From Blepharisma stoltei ATCC 30299 (taxonomy: Eukaryota > Protista > Ciliophora), in NCBI GenBank assembly GCA_965603825.1, contig CBFDEM010000028.1, positions 496,001 through 560,000 of the forward strand: a stretch of 64,000 nt of DNA, written 5' to 3'. Positions 38,301 through 50,927 of this stretch are shown here, in pieces (the first letter of the stretch is position 1; each line of letters begins with the position of its first letter). A program made the translations under genes and the position numbers. Under the pieces are notes generated by a model that was not told the origin of the DNA, did no database searches, and saw only the letters and a list, made by a program, of their open reading frames with translations.

Positions 38301-41300
38301 ATAATTAGCAGGCCGTTTTTGCCGACTTCAGGGCCAAAGTGGCCTTTTTTCCGCTTAACAAGCTTAGACTCTATAAATTCCTGAGACTGGTCTGAGCTGC
38401 TTCTGGCACTAAAAATAGTTGTCCCAATCATATAAGCTTTTTCATTTAACTTTTCTGTGTATGCTTTAATTATCACACTTTTCCCTGTCCCAGTTTCCCC
38501 AGTAATCAAAATATGTATTTTTCTAGGTATAAGCTCATTTAATAAATAATCATAAGATAAAGTAAGCACAGTCGGTACCAAAATATTTTTTTCTTCTTTC
38601 AGCATAAGTGTAGATAGCAAATTTTTCCATGGGATCCATCTTTTTTCGTTTTTGTTATAATAAGATTCACAAAGGTTTGAAGGCAGCCCTACGTAGCCTC
38701 AGTTAACCATTTCGGCTCTAAGTTTTTCAGATAGCATTTTTTTGCCATCTTCGTCACAGGTTCCACCTAGGCTTCATACCACTGCTAAGGTTGCTAGATT
38801 TGCTAAGTGCTCTTCGTCTTTTTGTTGTTTTTCTCTTGATGCAATGCTAGCTGTTACCTCTTGCTTTATGCTTACACTTCTAATTGTTTTTCTTTTTGAG
38901 GATAAATTGATAAGATTTCCTTCAATTTCTTCATTTTTTTTCTGGTCAAGCTTTTCTTGTTCTTTTCGTCTTTCTTCTTGTATTTCTTGGTCGTGCTGAA
39001 GACGAGATTTTCCGCCTCTGATCAGTAGTGATTCAAAAATTTTTAAAAAGCTTGAAACTACAGAAGAGGATGTGCTTTGTATGGACTGTCTGGATTTTAG
39101 CTCAGTTTTCCAAAACTCTAAGCAAGGCAATAAGATTTTTTCAAATGCTAGTTCAAAAAAATCTGCATAAGAATTAGTATCATATCCAAGCGGAAGGCTA
39201 TTTAGCCATCTTTTTAATAAAGAATGAGGTCCAAGGGTTTCATTTGGGTCCATATAAACCATCCCACATCTACTAACAGTAGCAGGGCTTGCTTGTGATA
39301 GATCATCAACTTCAAAAAGCAGCCTCATGGTTGGTGTTAGCTTAATGATTTCTCCACTGCTTAAGCACAATTTTTTATTATCGTCTAGTACAGTGTTCAT
39401 ATTTTCAATCCAAATCACATCTACAGGCCCATCCAAAACAATTCACTGATGTGCATCGGTAGTATTTTCTGAATAATTCCTTATGTATCTTGCAAGTATT
39501 CCATCATTCCAATCATGAGTGACTGGGTCAGGGCTTCCGTAAAGCTGCTCTAATGTTAAACCTTTAGGGTTTATATATCCAATTGTTATGCTTTCTTTTA
39601 GTTTGACTGATTTTGTTAAGACTTTAATCACTGAGCTTTTTCCTGCCATGGTAGAACCAACTATCATAACTCCATGTCGAATTTGTAAAGCGTTATAGAG
39701 CTGAACTACCTTTTCTGAAAATTCTGGCTTATTGATAAAGCCTAGCTCCATTATAGCTATATTTATTCTATCCCCAATATTTGCATTTTCTACAATTTTG
39801 TCTTCAAAATTAGGAAACAAATCATGCAGTATTCCCTGGAAAAGTGGCCTATCCTGTGCTGTAAATTTCGGATAATTTGACTCAGATATTGCTTTCATGA
39901 TCAATTTTTCTTCATATTCATCAGGGCTTATCTGTTTATGATACCCAGCAGCCCTAATTACTGTGGTAACAGCTCTCATTCCATAATCATAATGATGTTG
40001 GGTGCTTAATTGTTCACTTGACAATTTCAGACTATTCACAAGCTTTATTGCGAGTGGTCTTGCAGCTCGAAATCCATATGAGTATAAATAAATTTCAGCA
40101 ATCATTGCATAGTCAGGGATCATCATTGCGACTGGCCGAAATAGCGCTTTTAAGTTATCAGGCAGCTGAGATCTCCCAGCATAGTCTGGATTCATAGTAA
40201 TAAAGACTGCACAGCTGTGGTCTAATGATATTAATTCTTCGTCCAGTACAAAGACCTGTGATTTTCTTTGTACTGCCATTTGGATGCTTAAGATCTGTTC
40301 TGCAATTACAGATAAGACTTCTAGCTCAATTCTGTTAAATTCGTCAAAACAAGCCCAAGCTCCACAATAGCAAAGACCAGTAAAAAATTTAGCCATATAG
40401 ACGTGGTCAAGCCTGTCTGAGCAGTTGAAGACTACACATTTTTTGGCCATGCTTTTGGCTAGATCTTTGGTGGTTTCAGTTTTTCCTGTGCCTGCAGGAC
40501 CTTCTGGAGCGCCTCCTAAGCTCATGTGGAGGGCACACATTAGGGTTCGATAGCATCTATCTGTTAATGGGGTTATAACTAAGCGGCTTTGAATTCCAAG
40601 ATATTCATAGCCATAGTCTCTTTGTGTATCGAGCATTTTAACTTCGATAGAATTGTTGTTGAGATAATAGCGAAGGTGGCAGTTTCATTGGAATTCTTCA
40701 ATGCTGACTACTTTATTTTCAATCAAATTTTGTATAATGTCTTTACAGTGCACATCCAATACGACTAAAGTTCCAAGTGTCATTCTAGCTTGTGCTGGAA
40801 GATCGCTTCTGACTAATTCTACTAAAATATCTAGCCTCTGCTCTTTTTCTCTCAAAGCCAAAGCCAATTTTCGGGTAATTATAGCGTTTTCTACATCAGA
40901 TGTCCATAGCATCATACTGCATGCATAAATGACTTGACTGGGCCATTTTTCAGTCCACCCTTTAAGATTCTCTTGAGAATAATCCTGCACGCTATCAACT
41001 AAAATCATCTTTAATGATTTTCTCATTTCTTGCTCTACTTCAAGCAGCCAGCACTCAATATTTTTAAGCTCCTCCCCTTCATATAAGGCTATAGGATTGC
41101 AAAAATTCACGATCTCATCTTCAGGTGAGTCCATCCCAATGATAAAATTTTCATTAATAATTAGAGACCGAATCCCTTCAAAACATTTTACGATATATTT
41201 TTGTACTGAAGGAATGTCACGAGAGTTGGATAAAATTACAAGCAGCTCGTCATTTGACAAGAAATAAAATCTTGGGAAGGTTTTTCGTTTGGAATTCAGG

Positions 41301-44300
41301 TAATCTTTTAAGGATTTCAAAATAGCGTCAAGGGAGTCATTTGCATATTTTAGTTGCTCTAGGAGTTTTAGGTGAGAAAGGCAGGTTTCAAGGACATGCG
41401 GATTAGAGTGGACTGAAATCATAAGGTTTTCTCATTGAGAGTTGATGCTTTTAAATCTCAATGCAGCATTTGGTAGCTGTTTTGAAATATCTTTGCTTAA
41501 AAAAATAGGCTGTAAATATTGCCAATTTTTTTGAAGCTTTTCCCATTCATCAAGAACGTCTTGTATCCTTAATAAATTATTTTTCCACACCAGTATTTCC
41601 TTTTCCATAAAGGCAATATATGGTGAAGAGCACATAGAAATAGTTTTCATGATTTGCTCGTCTAGCATTTCCCAAATCCCTTCATTATTGACCAGAATAT
41701 AGCTTCCTTTAAAAGGAATTATTTGCAAATTTACATTGTCCCAATCGCTTTCCATTTTTGCTTTGGCGTTTTCTAAAGACTGCTCCCTTGTAGCCTGTTC
41801 TGAGATTTCTTCAATTAATTCTTGGTGCTTCATAATTCCATTCTCAATAGCCCATTCTAATGAAAAATTAAGCTGCCTCGAAAGCTGCAGACCAGCTCTT
41901 TTTTCTAAATCAGCCCAATGCCTATCTCTAAGCCCAGGATTGCTTAAATGTCTGATAATCGGCAAATAAGGCTTAAATTCATTGACATTTTTTAGAAGTT
42001 CCTGGGTAAGTTTTAATGCTTGTGGGTGTTCTTTAAATACAGTCCTTTCCATCTGTAATACTTCTTTTAATATAGTTGACAGCTCAGTACTTATAGCTTC
42101 TCTATCAAGCTCATTCATATGTCCTTTATACCATTTTGGAGAATGATAAAAGAAATCTCTGATATGGAACCACAGCTTGCAATAAGGGTTAAATTCTTTT
42201 TTTACCTGCTCCAGCTGTTTAAAATCAGTCGGTTTCGCCCCTACCAGGCCTTCTCTAAAGTTAATAACTTTAGTTTTTTCATTGGCGTTCTGAATACGGT
42301 TTTTAAGGATCCCAAACAGATAGGAATAGTCTTCAAATTTCATGATATCGTCAGCTTTTTTCAGCTCTTTTAACTCCTCTTCTATTTGGTCAATTTTTTC
42401 GAGCATGCTTGTCTGGTCTTTTATCAGCTGCTGTGCAAAAACGCCTTGATTTTTTGCTATTGATTTCATGCAGGAGTCCTTAATTGTTTCTAGCTGGTTT
42501 CTGTAGCCGTAGCAGTTTCACATTTGTTTGAACATTTCTCAAGGGATTTGTCGGAGATAGCCTTCAAGGACTTCTATGTCTGTAAATAAAGTTTCAAATT
42601 CCTGCTTAATGAAATCAAGTCTGGCTGGGAGTTGGACGTTAAGGAAAGTTCTCATCCCATCAAGCTCTTCTAGGTTTCTTGGCTCGTGTCCAATCACTTG
42701 TATGCTTTCTTCGTGGAGTTCTTGCAGGCCATTCATTCGTTTTTGGACGTCTTCTTCTATTAAGGACAGTAAGACATCTACACATCTGCGGATTTTTTCT
42801 AGGATTTCTTCTTTGGCGTTCGCTACTTTTATGCTCCAAACTCCTAATTTTAGGATCCCGGAGTCTAAGAATTCTCCTATTTCTATTTCAGTTCTTTTCA
42901 TTTTAAAAATTTCATCTTCAATAGCGTCTACATTTAAATCTTTGCTGAACCTTTTTCTTACTTTATGAGGATCTAAAGATATGCAATAAGAATATGGCTC
43001 AAGGATTACTTCAAAACAATGCAAAATATATAACTGTTTTTTTAGAGCATTGCTAATATTTTCCATCATTTTGTGATGCTTTTTTTGGTTTATTTCAAAA
43101 ATATGTAGAGAGTTATGAGACCGAACTGGCCCTGTTAAGGTTGTTTCAAGAGTAGGAAGTAGTGAAAGATCCTGAATGACTGTATTTAAGACGTCCATAA
43201 TATTTTCCTGCAAATCAGTACCATTAGGCTCAATTGAAAATTTGCGGTCAATTATAATAAGTTCACATTTAATACACCCTTGAGATTTCCCTTTAATTTT
43301 CCTAAAAATTCTGAATTCTTCGCCGTTTAAGTCTTCAAAACTGTCAGGAAGTAGATCTAAAGACTCACTTAGTCTTTTTAAAAATAAATTAAAAGAATTC
43401 AGCATCACATCTCTCAGTTTATTTTCTATTTGTGTATTTAGAACAGACAGAAGCCGTTGCATAAGCTGTATAAATTCAGTAGGAAGGCACTCTTCTAAAT
43501 CTAAATGCTGCTGCTCATATGCCCTGGCTTGGATTTTGTCTTCATTTCTCTTCATTCTTTGTAAGTTTGCTTGATTTATGATATCCTGGACGTCATATTG
43601 GGCATCAAACATCACATTTCTGGCTTCTTTTAAAAATTTTATAGATTCTAGCTTATGAGCTCTCACGAATTTTTCTAATTTTAGAGGCTTGGTCTGGATT
43701 TTTGGGAATAGGAGTAAGGGTCCGAGTTCTAGTAGCTGGGTATTGATTTTGTTGAGAATTGTAATATGGTCAGGGAATGACTGATGCAAAAGCCCATTCA
43801 TTGAGCCTAGCAGCTTTAAGAAATTTTTAGGCTTTGGCAGAGGCTGTGATGCAGATGGCGAAATATAAGGAAGTTTGGATGGAGGAACTAACTTGCTAGG
43901 AGGAAGGATCCCTGAGAGTAGCTCCTGCTTTTGTGTGTTGAATGGTAAGTCAGCTTCAAAATCCATTTGTTTCGAAGCAAAAGTCCAAGTTTCTTCGATT
44001 TCTCTGACTAGAGAAAAAATCTGATCTTTTGGGATTTGTCTTCTTTTAGAATAAAAATAAATTACAATTTCAGGAAGTTTTTTAAGATAATCTTCTTTAT
44101 ATTCGCTACAGCTTGCAAATCCTTTTTTCTTGAATTCTGCAGACTCATCAATAAGATGTGTCCTTTCTTTTTTCCATAGATATCGTCTTGGCTGATGCCT
44201 TACTTCAAGGTCAATCAAAGCATAAAACAATGGATTTCTTAATTGAAATTTATTTTTCTTTGAAAATCCTTGCAAAAATTGTATAATTTTTTTAAGCATC

Positions 44301-45421
44301 CTCAGTGGCATATCTGGAGAATCCTTTTTGGTAATTTGTACCATATAGTTAAATCTCAGCACCTTTTCAGCATTTTCTCTATGCCTTCAGGCTTCGTCAA
44401 TCCTTTTTTCATAATCTTCTTCATTGTCATAAGGGAACCTCAGATTGATTCTTGAAACCCTTTTAATTTTCCCAGATGGCCATATAATAATAAACCTATC
44501 ATTTTCTACGTCATATTCCTGTGCAATGCAGTCTCTTCATTCATAAGTCCCATCAGCAAAAAATCATTTAGAATGTGCATGGACCAAGCCATCTTTACTT
44601 TCAATTTTTAGCTGCTCTAATAGCTTTCTGGGGGTTTCTGGATCCAATATGGGGTCATATAGCTCTAATGGTAGAAATTTGGTCATTTCGTATATAGACA
44701 CTTCTTTCTGGTTTTCTTCTAAAAATTGTGGCAGAGGAACTGTTATTGAGTAGCCACTTGTGCCGTCATCTGGCTTTCGTTTTTTAGGGGACATAGTTCG
44801 GTTTAGTGATGAGTTTAGGCTTAGATTTAAATCTTTATTGGTAGGGGTAGATGTCCGCTTGTGCTTCATTGCAGGTTTTCTTTTGATTATTAAATTTGAG
44901 TCCGCTTGTTTAAGCTTTCTTGCTGCTGGATCTGTGATTACCGGGTTATTTATAATTTGTTGGGGTATTTGGGTTATGGTTCCTGATTTTTTTTCTAGCT
45001 CTAATTTGTCTATTTTATTATCAATAATGCCTGGCAGTCTTCTTTTCTTGATATTTGCTTTTGGTTTCACTAAAGATAAAACTGATGTATCATTTGAATT
45101 CGTCAAACTCATATCAAGCTTATGACTATCATAGTTTCCTGGCATTTGTGATATAGAAAACGACGAATTTAGCTTCCCTAATGTCACTTTTTGTTTAAAT
45201 TGTTCTAAGGTTAATATTTTAGGTTTTGGGATTTTTGCGAAACTTGAGTCATTCATATTGGGAAGTCCTGATAATACAGGAGTAGAAGAAATACGGTTTA
45301 GTCTGTCTCTTATATTTCTTTTGGCTTCATAACTATCAAATTGATCAATTGCTTCTTGGTATCGCTTTTGCTTTGAGCTTGATGAGCTTCTTTCATTGGA
45401 TTTTGTTTTCACTTCTGACAT
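32372..45421 (-). CDS. DNAH1: Axonemal inner-arm dynein heavy chain, DNAH1-like (~4,344 aa); exons 45421..32600 and 32584..32372
   Basis: P-loops GPAGTGKT, GSTMAGKS, GETGTGKS, GVGGSGRQS; stalk/MTBD; C-terminal YECPMYRT...STTGHSTNF...HWVKRG; DNAH1-type N-terminus FLPLELYDP...VSRINLRF; one frame with ~17 TGA=Trp. Confidence 0.93.
32585..32599 (-). other. 15-nt intron GTAAGTTTTATTTAG in the dynein gene
   Basis: Contains the only in-frame TAG; removal restores LPIL(W)LKP and the conserved C-terminus. Confidence 0.92.
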
Positions 45422-45448
45422 AATTGAGGGAATTACTATAATTAATAA

Positions 45449-45625
45449 ATGGATCAAGAAAAAATTGCAAGGGTTCTGGGATTTTTAAAAGAAAAAGTAG
45501 GAGCGAGAGGAGTCAGTTTGCATCCGAAATATGGGTGGGGAGGGTTTTCTGGGGCTCTTGAAAAGCTAAGACATAATGGGGAAACAAATAGAGTGCAAGC
45601 CCAAGTCAGTTCAACACAAAAATAA
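45449..45625 (+). CDS. Candidate 58-aa microprotein (MDQEKIARVLGFLKEKVGARGVSLHPKYGWGGFSGALEKLRHNGETNRVQAQVSSTQK)
   Basis: ATG in A-rich context (taataaATG), TAA stop, G-rich composition matching the ORF limits against AT-rich flanks. Confidence 0.45.
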   Translation: MDQEKIARVLGFLKEKVGARGVSLHPKYGWGGFSGALEKLRHNGETNRVQAQVSSTQK

Positions 45626-45933
45626 AGAAATTGTTTATGGTGTTTTAAGTAAAAATATTGATTATCATAAAAATACTTTATTTATTATATATAAATGCGA
45701 ATAATCATGCTTGCATCAAATTTTTAAAGCTTTTAAATTATTAATTATAAATGAGAGCTAGCAGCTGCTTAAGGATATTAAAATAGGTTTTTAATTGGCC
45801 ATTGGTCCAGATAAAGTATACTTATCATTAAATCTCTTCTAATTTTAAAAAATATTAAAATTATTTTAAATTTCCTGTATCTGCTATATAGAATAAATCT
45901 ATTTTTCCATACTTGCAACATATTATTTTAAAT

Positions 45934-46611
45934 ATGATCAGAAATTTCTGTGATGGAATGAATTTTCCACACTTACATTGGATATCCTATGGAAACAGCA
46001 GGAATGATTTTGAAATCGGAGACGATGGCCGAAAAATTACATTAATCAGGAAATCAGGATCAAACATCTTTGTATCCGCTTATTCTAAAGAGAGTTTTCC
46101 ACTTAAAACAGTAAGCTATTTTGAGGTACAATATACAATGCCAACCAAAGGAAGGACTTTTACACTTAAAGATCAGATAAAAATTGGCGTTTGCATGAAT
46201 GTAGAAAATGAATTATCTAATGCTTTTTCAGATCACTCAAATGGTTGGGCATTCTATCCTTATGACTCAGCCTTAAGGCACCAAAGTAGTGGCTCAGGAA
46301 TTAAATATGGCAAAGAAATTAAAAATGGAGGAACAATTGGTGTAATTGTTGATACTTTGAATGGTGAAATTAGCTTTTGCATTGATGGAGAAAACTTTGG
46401 TGTTGCTTTTAAAGAAGAAGCTTTTATTAACAATAAGCTATATGCTGCAATTGCAGTTTTAGAAATTGGTACTTGCTTTGAGCTTGCTACTTTGGCAGAT
46501 AAATTGTGGGAACGAAGAAAAGGGATAATATATGCTAGAATGATATGCAGGCTCCCCATTTTTAGGAGGCTGCCGGATGGGATTTTCCGTGAGATTACAC
46601 ATTATTTATAA
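45934..46611 (+). CDS. SPRY/B30.2-domain protein with C-terminal F-box/SOCS-like motif
   Basis: YFEV, IKIGV, GGTIGVIVD...GEISFCIDGENFGVAF, LYAAI; C-terminal FRRLPDGIFREITHYL; first ATG at 45934. Confidence 0.82.
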   Translation: MIRNFCDGMNFPHLHWISYGNSRNDFEIGDDGRKITLIRKSGSNIFVSAYSKESFPLKTVSYFEVQYTMPTKGRTFTLKDQIKIGVCMNVENELSNAFSDHSNGWAFYPYDSALRHQSSGSGIKYGKEIKNGGTIGVIVDTLNGEISFCIDGENFGVAFKEEAFINNKLYAAIAVLEIGTCFELATLADKLWERRKGIIYARMICRLPIFRRLPDGIFREITHYL

Positions 46612-47186
46612 ATATATAAAATAAATAGGCTTTAACTTTATTATGGCATATCAGATCACTTATTTATGAAATAATCTTGCAGATTCTTTATCAAGTAAAT
46701 AAAGTTTCAGCATTAATATGCTTTTAATATCATTATAAAATATACCATTGTGCTCTAAGAGCCTTAATTGGTCATGAGGCGTTAGACATATACATATAAT
46801 TAATATGATATCATAATCTAAAAGAAACAAGAAAGAAAAATTTAAGAATCCTCGATAAATATTTAAAAAAATATTTAATTTCAAATTTACCTTAAAAATA
46901 ATATAGTCATTTATTATTCCTTCTTTAAAACATTATTTTCATTAATTCTATTTATGAGCTCTATGTTGTTATAAATTTGAATATTTTAAAATGAAAATTA
47001 AAAGATGTATTTTTCATTTATCATAGATCTTCAATAATTTTTAAATTAATCACTCCCAACTTTTAAATTGGAATAGATAGTTTTTAAGAATCAATAACAA
47101 AATCTGTTATATTTAATTATTCTTTATTATTAATATCAATTTTATTACCTTCAGATATTTAAACAGAGAACTACATAATTGTCAAA

Positions 47187-47744
47187 ATGGATAGAAATGA
47201 ATGTGAATTGCTGCCAACCACAGTCTCAAGTGTCACTATGGTGGGTGAAAGGCCTTGCCCTTGCTATATTACTTTAACATTCAGAACGCCAGGGCCACTA
47301 GAATACATTGTTTTCCAAAATCATTATACCGCCTCCATTTCAATAAAACAAAAACAAAATGAACTCTGAAGAACAATCCTCCACGACTTCAAGCTAACCC
47401 AATGGCCTCATTTTGAAAACGACTCTCAAAACTGGTGCATAATTCCCTCCCATTTCTTCAATACAAATTATGACCCTTCCTCCCTCACTGAATTTCGTAT
47501 TTATTTAACCCAGCCAAGTCCTAACTGAAAAGAATTTTCTCTAAAAAACATCAGTTGCTACACAATCTTACAAAAACCCAAAAAATTGAGCAGAGAGTCC
47601 AGAACTCCTTTTGCAGAGTTTAAAGCCAAAATTCAAGAAAAATTAGACGTTTTGAATTCGACGTCAGGGACTGAAATGCTGACATATGACGAAACCCTCA
47701 TAGGGATTTCAGAAGTAAACCGTCTTGAAGCTACCCAAATGTAA
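47187..47744 (+). CDS. NICN1: Nicolin-1 (tubulin polyglutamylase complex subunit PGs5)-like (185 aa)
   Basis: IVFQNHYTASISIK, (W=TGA)RTILHDFKL..PHFENDSQ, RIYLTQPSPN(W=TGA)KEF match recalled NICN1 motifs FKNYYTA/W/QPSPxW. Confidence 0.8.
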
Positions 47745-47763
47745 TTAATTCAAGATATTAATA

Positions 47764-48537
47764 TTATAATTCTTCTACCCCTTTAGTAGAGTCAAGAAGA
47801 GTTTTCGACTCCTTCATCTCTGCTAATACATAACATTTCACTAGATTCGCAGGGGCAATTACTGTATTATAATGATGAATCGCTATCTGTCTTAACGTTT
47901 TAGCATTTACCATCATTTTTAGCTCCTCTTTTGAAAACATGTTAACGAAATCGTCATATGAGAGCTCGGCTTCTTTGTCTCGGTGAATCATGACCACGTA
48001 AAACTTCTTCACAATGGGTTTAGCGATTTCAAGCCTCCTCATGTATTTTCCTAACAAAAATTTCTCGTCTTCTGCAGCTAGCTCCCAAGCCAGTTTCGGG
48101 ATCCTTGTTAAGCCGATTTCTATGAGCTCATTCAGCATGATTACAAATTCATCATAATCAATAGACTTCGACAAATCAACGTCATAATTTTGAAATAAAA
48201 GGGAAGCTTTATCTTTAGCGCTGCCTTTTCCAAGCAAAATCCCAAGCGAGCTGAGCTGTTGTGCAGAATAAGTTAAGCTGTCATCATTTAAGAATCCACT
48301 ATAAAACTTTTTAAACGGGGTCATATCTTCTTCAAAATTCGCCAAATCAATGCTTAATTCATTAAAAGCAGCAGAAAACTGGGCTTCAGAAAGCTTATTA
48401 GATATAGAATATCGGTGGATCGTCCTATCAATTCATTGGGCATTTAAAAATTTAAACCCAAGCCTATCCTCTGCAACTGCAATAATTCTTTCTTCTTCTG
48501 GCGAGGATGTTTTTTCTCTGCTATCTGCGCAGCCCAT
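47764..48537 (-). CDS. EF-hand Ca2+-binding protein with MGC dual-acylation N-terminus (~257 aa)
   Basis: ATG 48537 MGCADSRE; one TGA; KASLLFQNYDVDLSKSIDYDEF EF-hand. Confidence 0.75.
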
Positions 48538-48574
48538 TTATTATTTTCATATTGGCGTTTTTGATATAAATATC

Positions 48575-50110
48575 ATGGCAGCAAATCAGCTATCTAAAAT
48601 ACTAATTTCAATTGATAATTCAGGACAAGTCGCCTCAGCTTTGCAGAGTATCAATAAAAAATTCGCAATGAAATTTGAAGAGGCAAAAGAAGTCCCAAAA
48701 GAATTATTGAAACCTCCCATTGAGGCTATCATAAATGAAATCGGGCCTGAAGAAATTGAGGCAAAGCTGAAAAAAGCACAAATTAGAGAAGCAAAAAGAC
48801 AGAAAAAAGAGCTGGAAGAGAAGCTAAATAAAGTTACAGGGAAAATTGAAGTTTTGTATAACCCAGAATCACCGTCGTTTAAGCCAAACTCTTTAAGGCC
48901 AAATCTTCAAAATTCACAAGTTCGGCAAGAGTTCTTTGACAATGAGAAGAAAAAAGCAAAAGAAACCACAAAAAAGCTACAAAAATACTACTTGCAGCAG
49001 CAAAGGCTTAAGCAGCAAATAGAAAGCAATATTGAAAAAATTGAAAAGCTAGCTAATAAAGATAAAGAGGTTGAAAATAAAGAAAAAGAATTAGCACAAA
49101 AGCAAAAAGAAGAGCAGTATATGAGAGAGCTCGAAAAAATGCAAGAAAAAAAACTGCAGCGGCAAAAGGAATTCGAGGAAGCAAAAAAAAGAAAAATTGA
49201 GTTTGAAGAGCTACAAAAGAAAAAGCCGCTATTTGTAAAACTTGAAGAAAAGTACAAAGCAGAAATAGAAATGCCGGAATTAGAAAAAAGAAAAGAAGAA
49301 TTAGCGAAAAAAAGAATGCTTTATCAGCCTATCAATTTAGAACAGTTACAAGATCATGCAAGAAAATATGAAACAATTAGGAAAGAACAAATTAAGAAAA
49401 TTGAAGAAGACTTGAAAAAGAGCATTGAAAATACTAAAGGGAATATGAATTGAAACTCTACAATGTGAAATGCAAGAGCTTTAGAAGAAGAAAAACAGCT
49501 GAGAAAAGCTTCTTCACAGTCAAATTTAGAAAAGATTAAAAAAATAGAAAAAAGAAATAAATATGCAGAGCTTGTCAAAGAGGTTTTCAGCCCCACAATT
49601 GATAAATTTAAGCAGCAAGAGCTGGAGGATAGGATTTCTAAGCTAAAGCACCCAGTAGAAAAATGGAATGAGAAAAATAATCGTATTTCACTAAACCAAA
49701 GCTTATCAGATACAGAAAAGAAAATTAAGAAAAAAAAAATTAAGGTAAAGAAAATTGAGACACCTGCAATAACAGAAGTAAAAACTACTAGAGAACCTAA
49801 ATTTATTGACTATTTGGGAGAAAGAAGAAAGGCAAGAGAAGAACAGGAAAAAAATGGCTCCAAAGTGAGCAATGAAATAGACGTGAACTGGGAAGACGAG
49901 TTGATGAGTGCAGATAATTCCAAAGAAAAGTTTAAAAAAATAAAGAAAAAGGCAGAATTATTAGAAAAAGAAGCCAGGAAAAAAGAACTGCTGCTAATTC
50001 CAAAAAATGTTGGAGATTACAAAACGATTGAAACAGCAGAAAATGTAGATAAATTGATTATTGGGTCTATAAAAGCAAAGCTGGCTGTTTTAGAGCATGT
50101 TGAAACTTAA
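48575..50110 (+). CDS. E/K-rich coiled-coil protein (~511 aa; 2 TGA=Trp)
   Basis: ORFs 48350..49453 and 49814..50110 share a frame and join via TGAs; first plausible ATG 48575. Confidence 0.72.
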
Positions 50111-50165
50111 ATACCGTATTTTAATCATATTTAGCTTAAAATTATATGTAAATATTAATTAATCT

Positions 50166-50804
50166 TTAAAATCGCCTTTCAGGTCTATTTGCTAGATAAT
50201 TTTTAAGTGAAAGTGAAGAATTCAAAAAATTTTCTGCAAATTCTAATAGTTTTGGTGCATGATTTCTAAGAAATGGCATCATTTTTTCAGATCAAGGCGA
50301 GATCATGAAATGATCATAAAGCGACCTAAAAGTGCAAAAATCTCCTAAAGTCGTAGAGTTTCCTACAAAGTGGCCATTGCATCCATTATTTATATATCTT
50401 GCTTCTATTGATTGTATAATTCTCGGTAATTCATTATCACACCAATTATCCCATCCTTCTAAGTCTTTTTTAATTCACGTTCATTCTACTTTATGCTGAA
50501 TGAAATCTTGCCAAATATTTTGTAAAGACTCTGTGAGATGAATTTCATAAGGATCACTAGGGTAATACCCAAATTTTTGGCATAAATATCTTTCTATAGA
50601 TAAGCTTTGAACCAGTCTAAGTCCATCTATTTCAAGCATCGGCAATTGTTCGAACTCAAAAAGTCCTGATTTTTTATATTGTAGCCATGTATCATCGTCG
50701 CTGTAAATTCGATCATTAAAAGGAGTATTGGTATAATGCAGGATCATTCGAGTTACTTCTGCTTTTGCATATAAGCCAAAGTAATGAAGGGTTACTTCGC
50801 TCAT
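50166..50804 (-). CDS. Glutathione S-transferase, sigma/alpha-like (212 aa; 3 TGA=Trp)
   Basis: LHYFGLYAKAE, FEQLPMLEIDG, QSLSIERYL, FVGNSTTLGDF, YLANRP. Confidence 0.93.
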
Positions 50805-50927
50805 TATGCTAAATATTTATTATCAATTGTAAACCCAATAAAATGGCCTTAGTTCACTGATTGTAAAAAGCTATAAATTAAATGCAAAAACATATAAAAA
50901 ACATTAAATATTAAATAATTCCAAGAA

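Noticed and set aside
32372-45421. Dynein as a fragmented pseudogene or several genes
   Set aside because: All fragments share one frame and break only at TGA, often at conserved Trp, plus one 15-nt intron
48350-48574. N-terminal extension of ORF 48350..49453
   Set aside because: It overlaps the antisense EF-hand gene whose MGC start is at 48537; ATG 48575 is more plausible
50166-50804. In-frame TGAs as selenocysteine
   Set aside because: Across the window TGA aligns to conserved Trp, not Cys, and the short 3' gaps leave little room for SECIS elements
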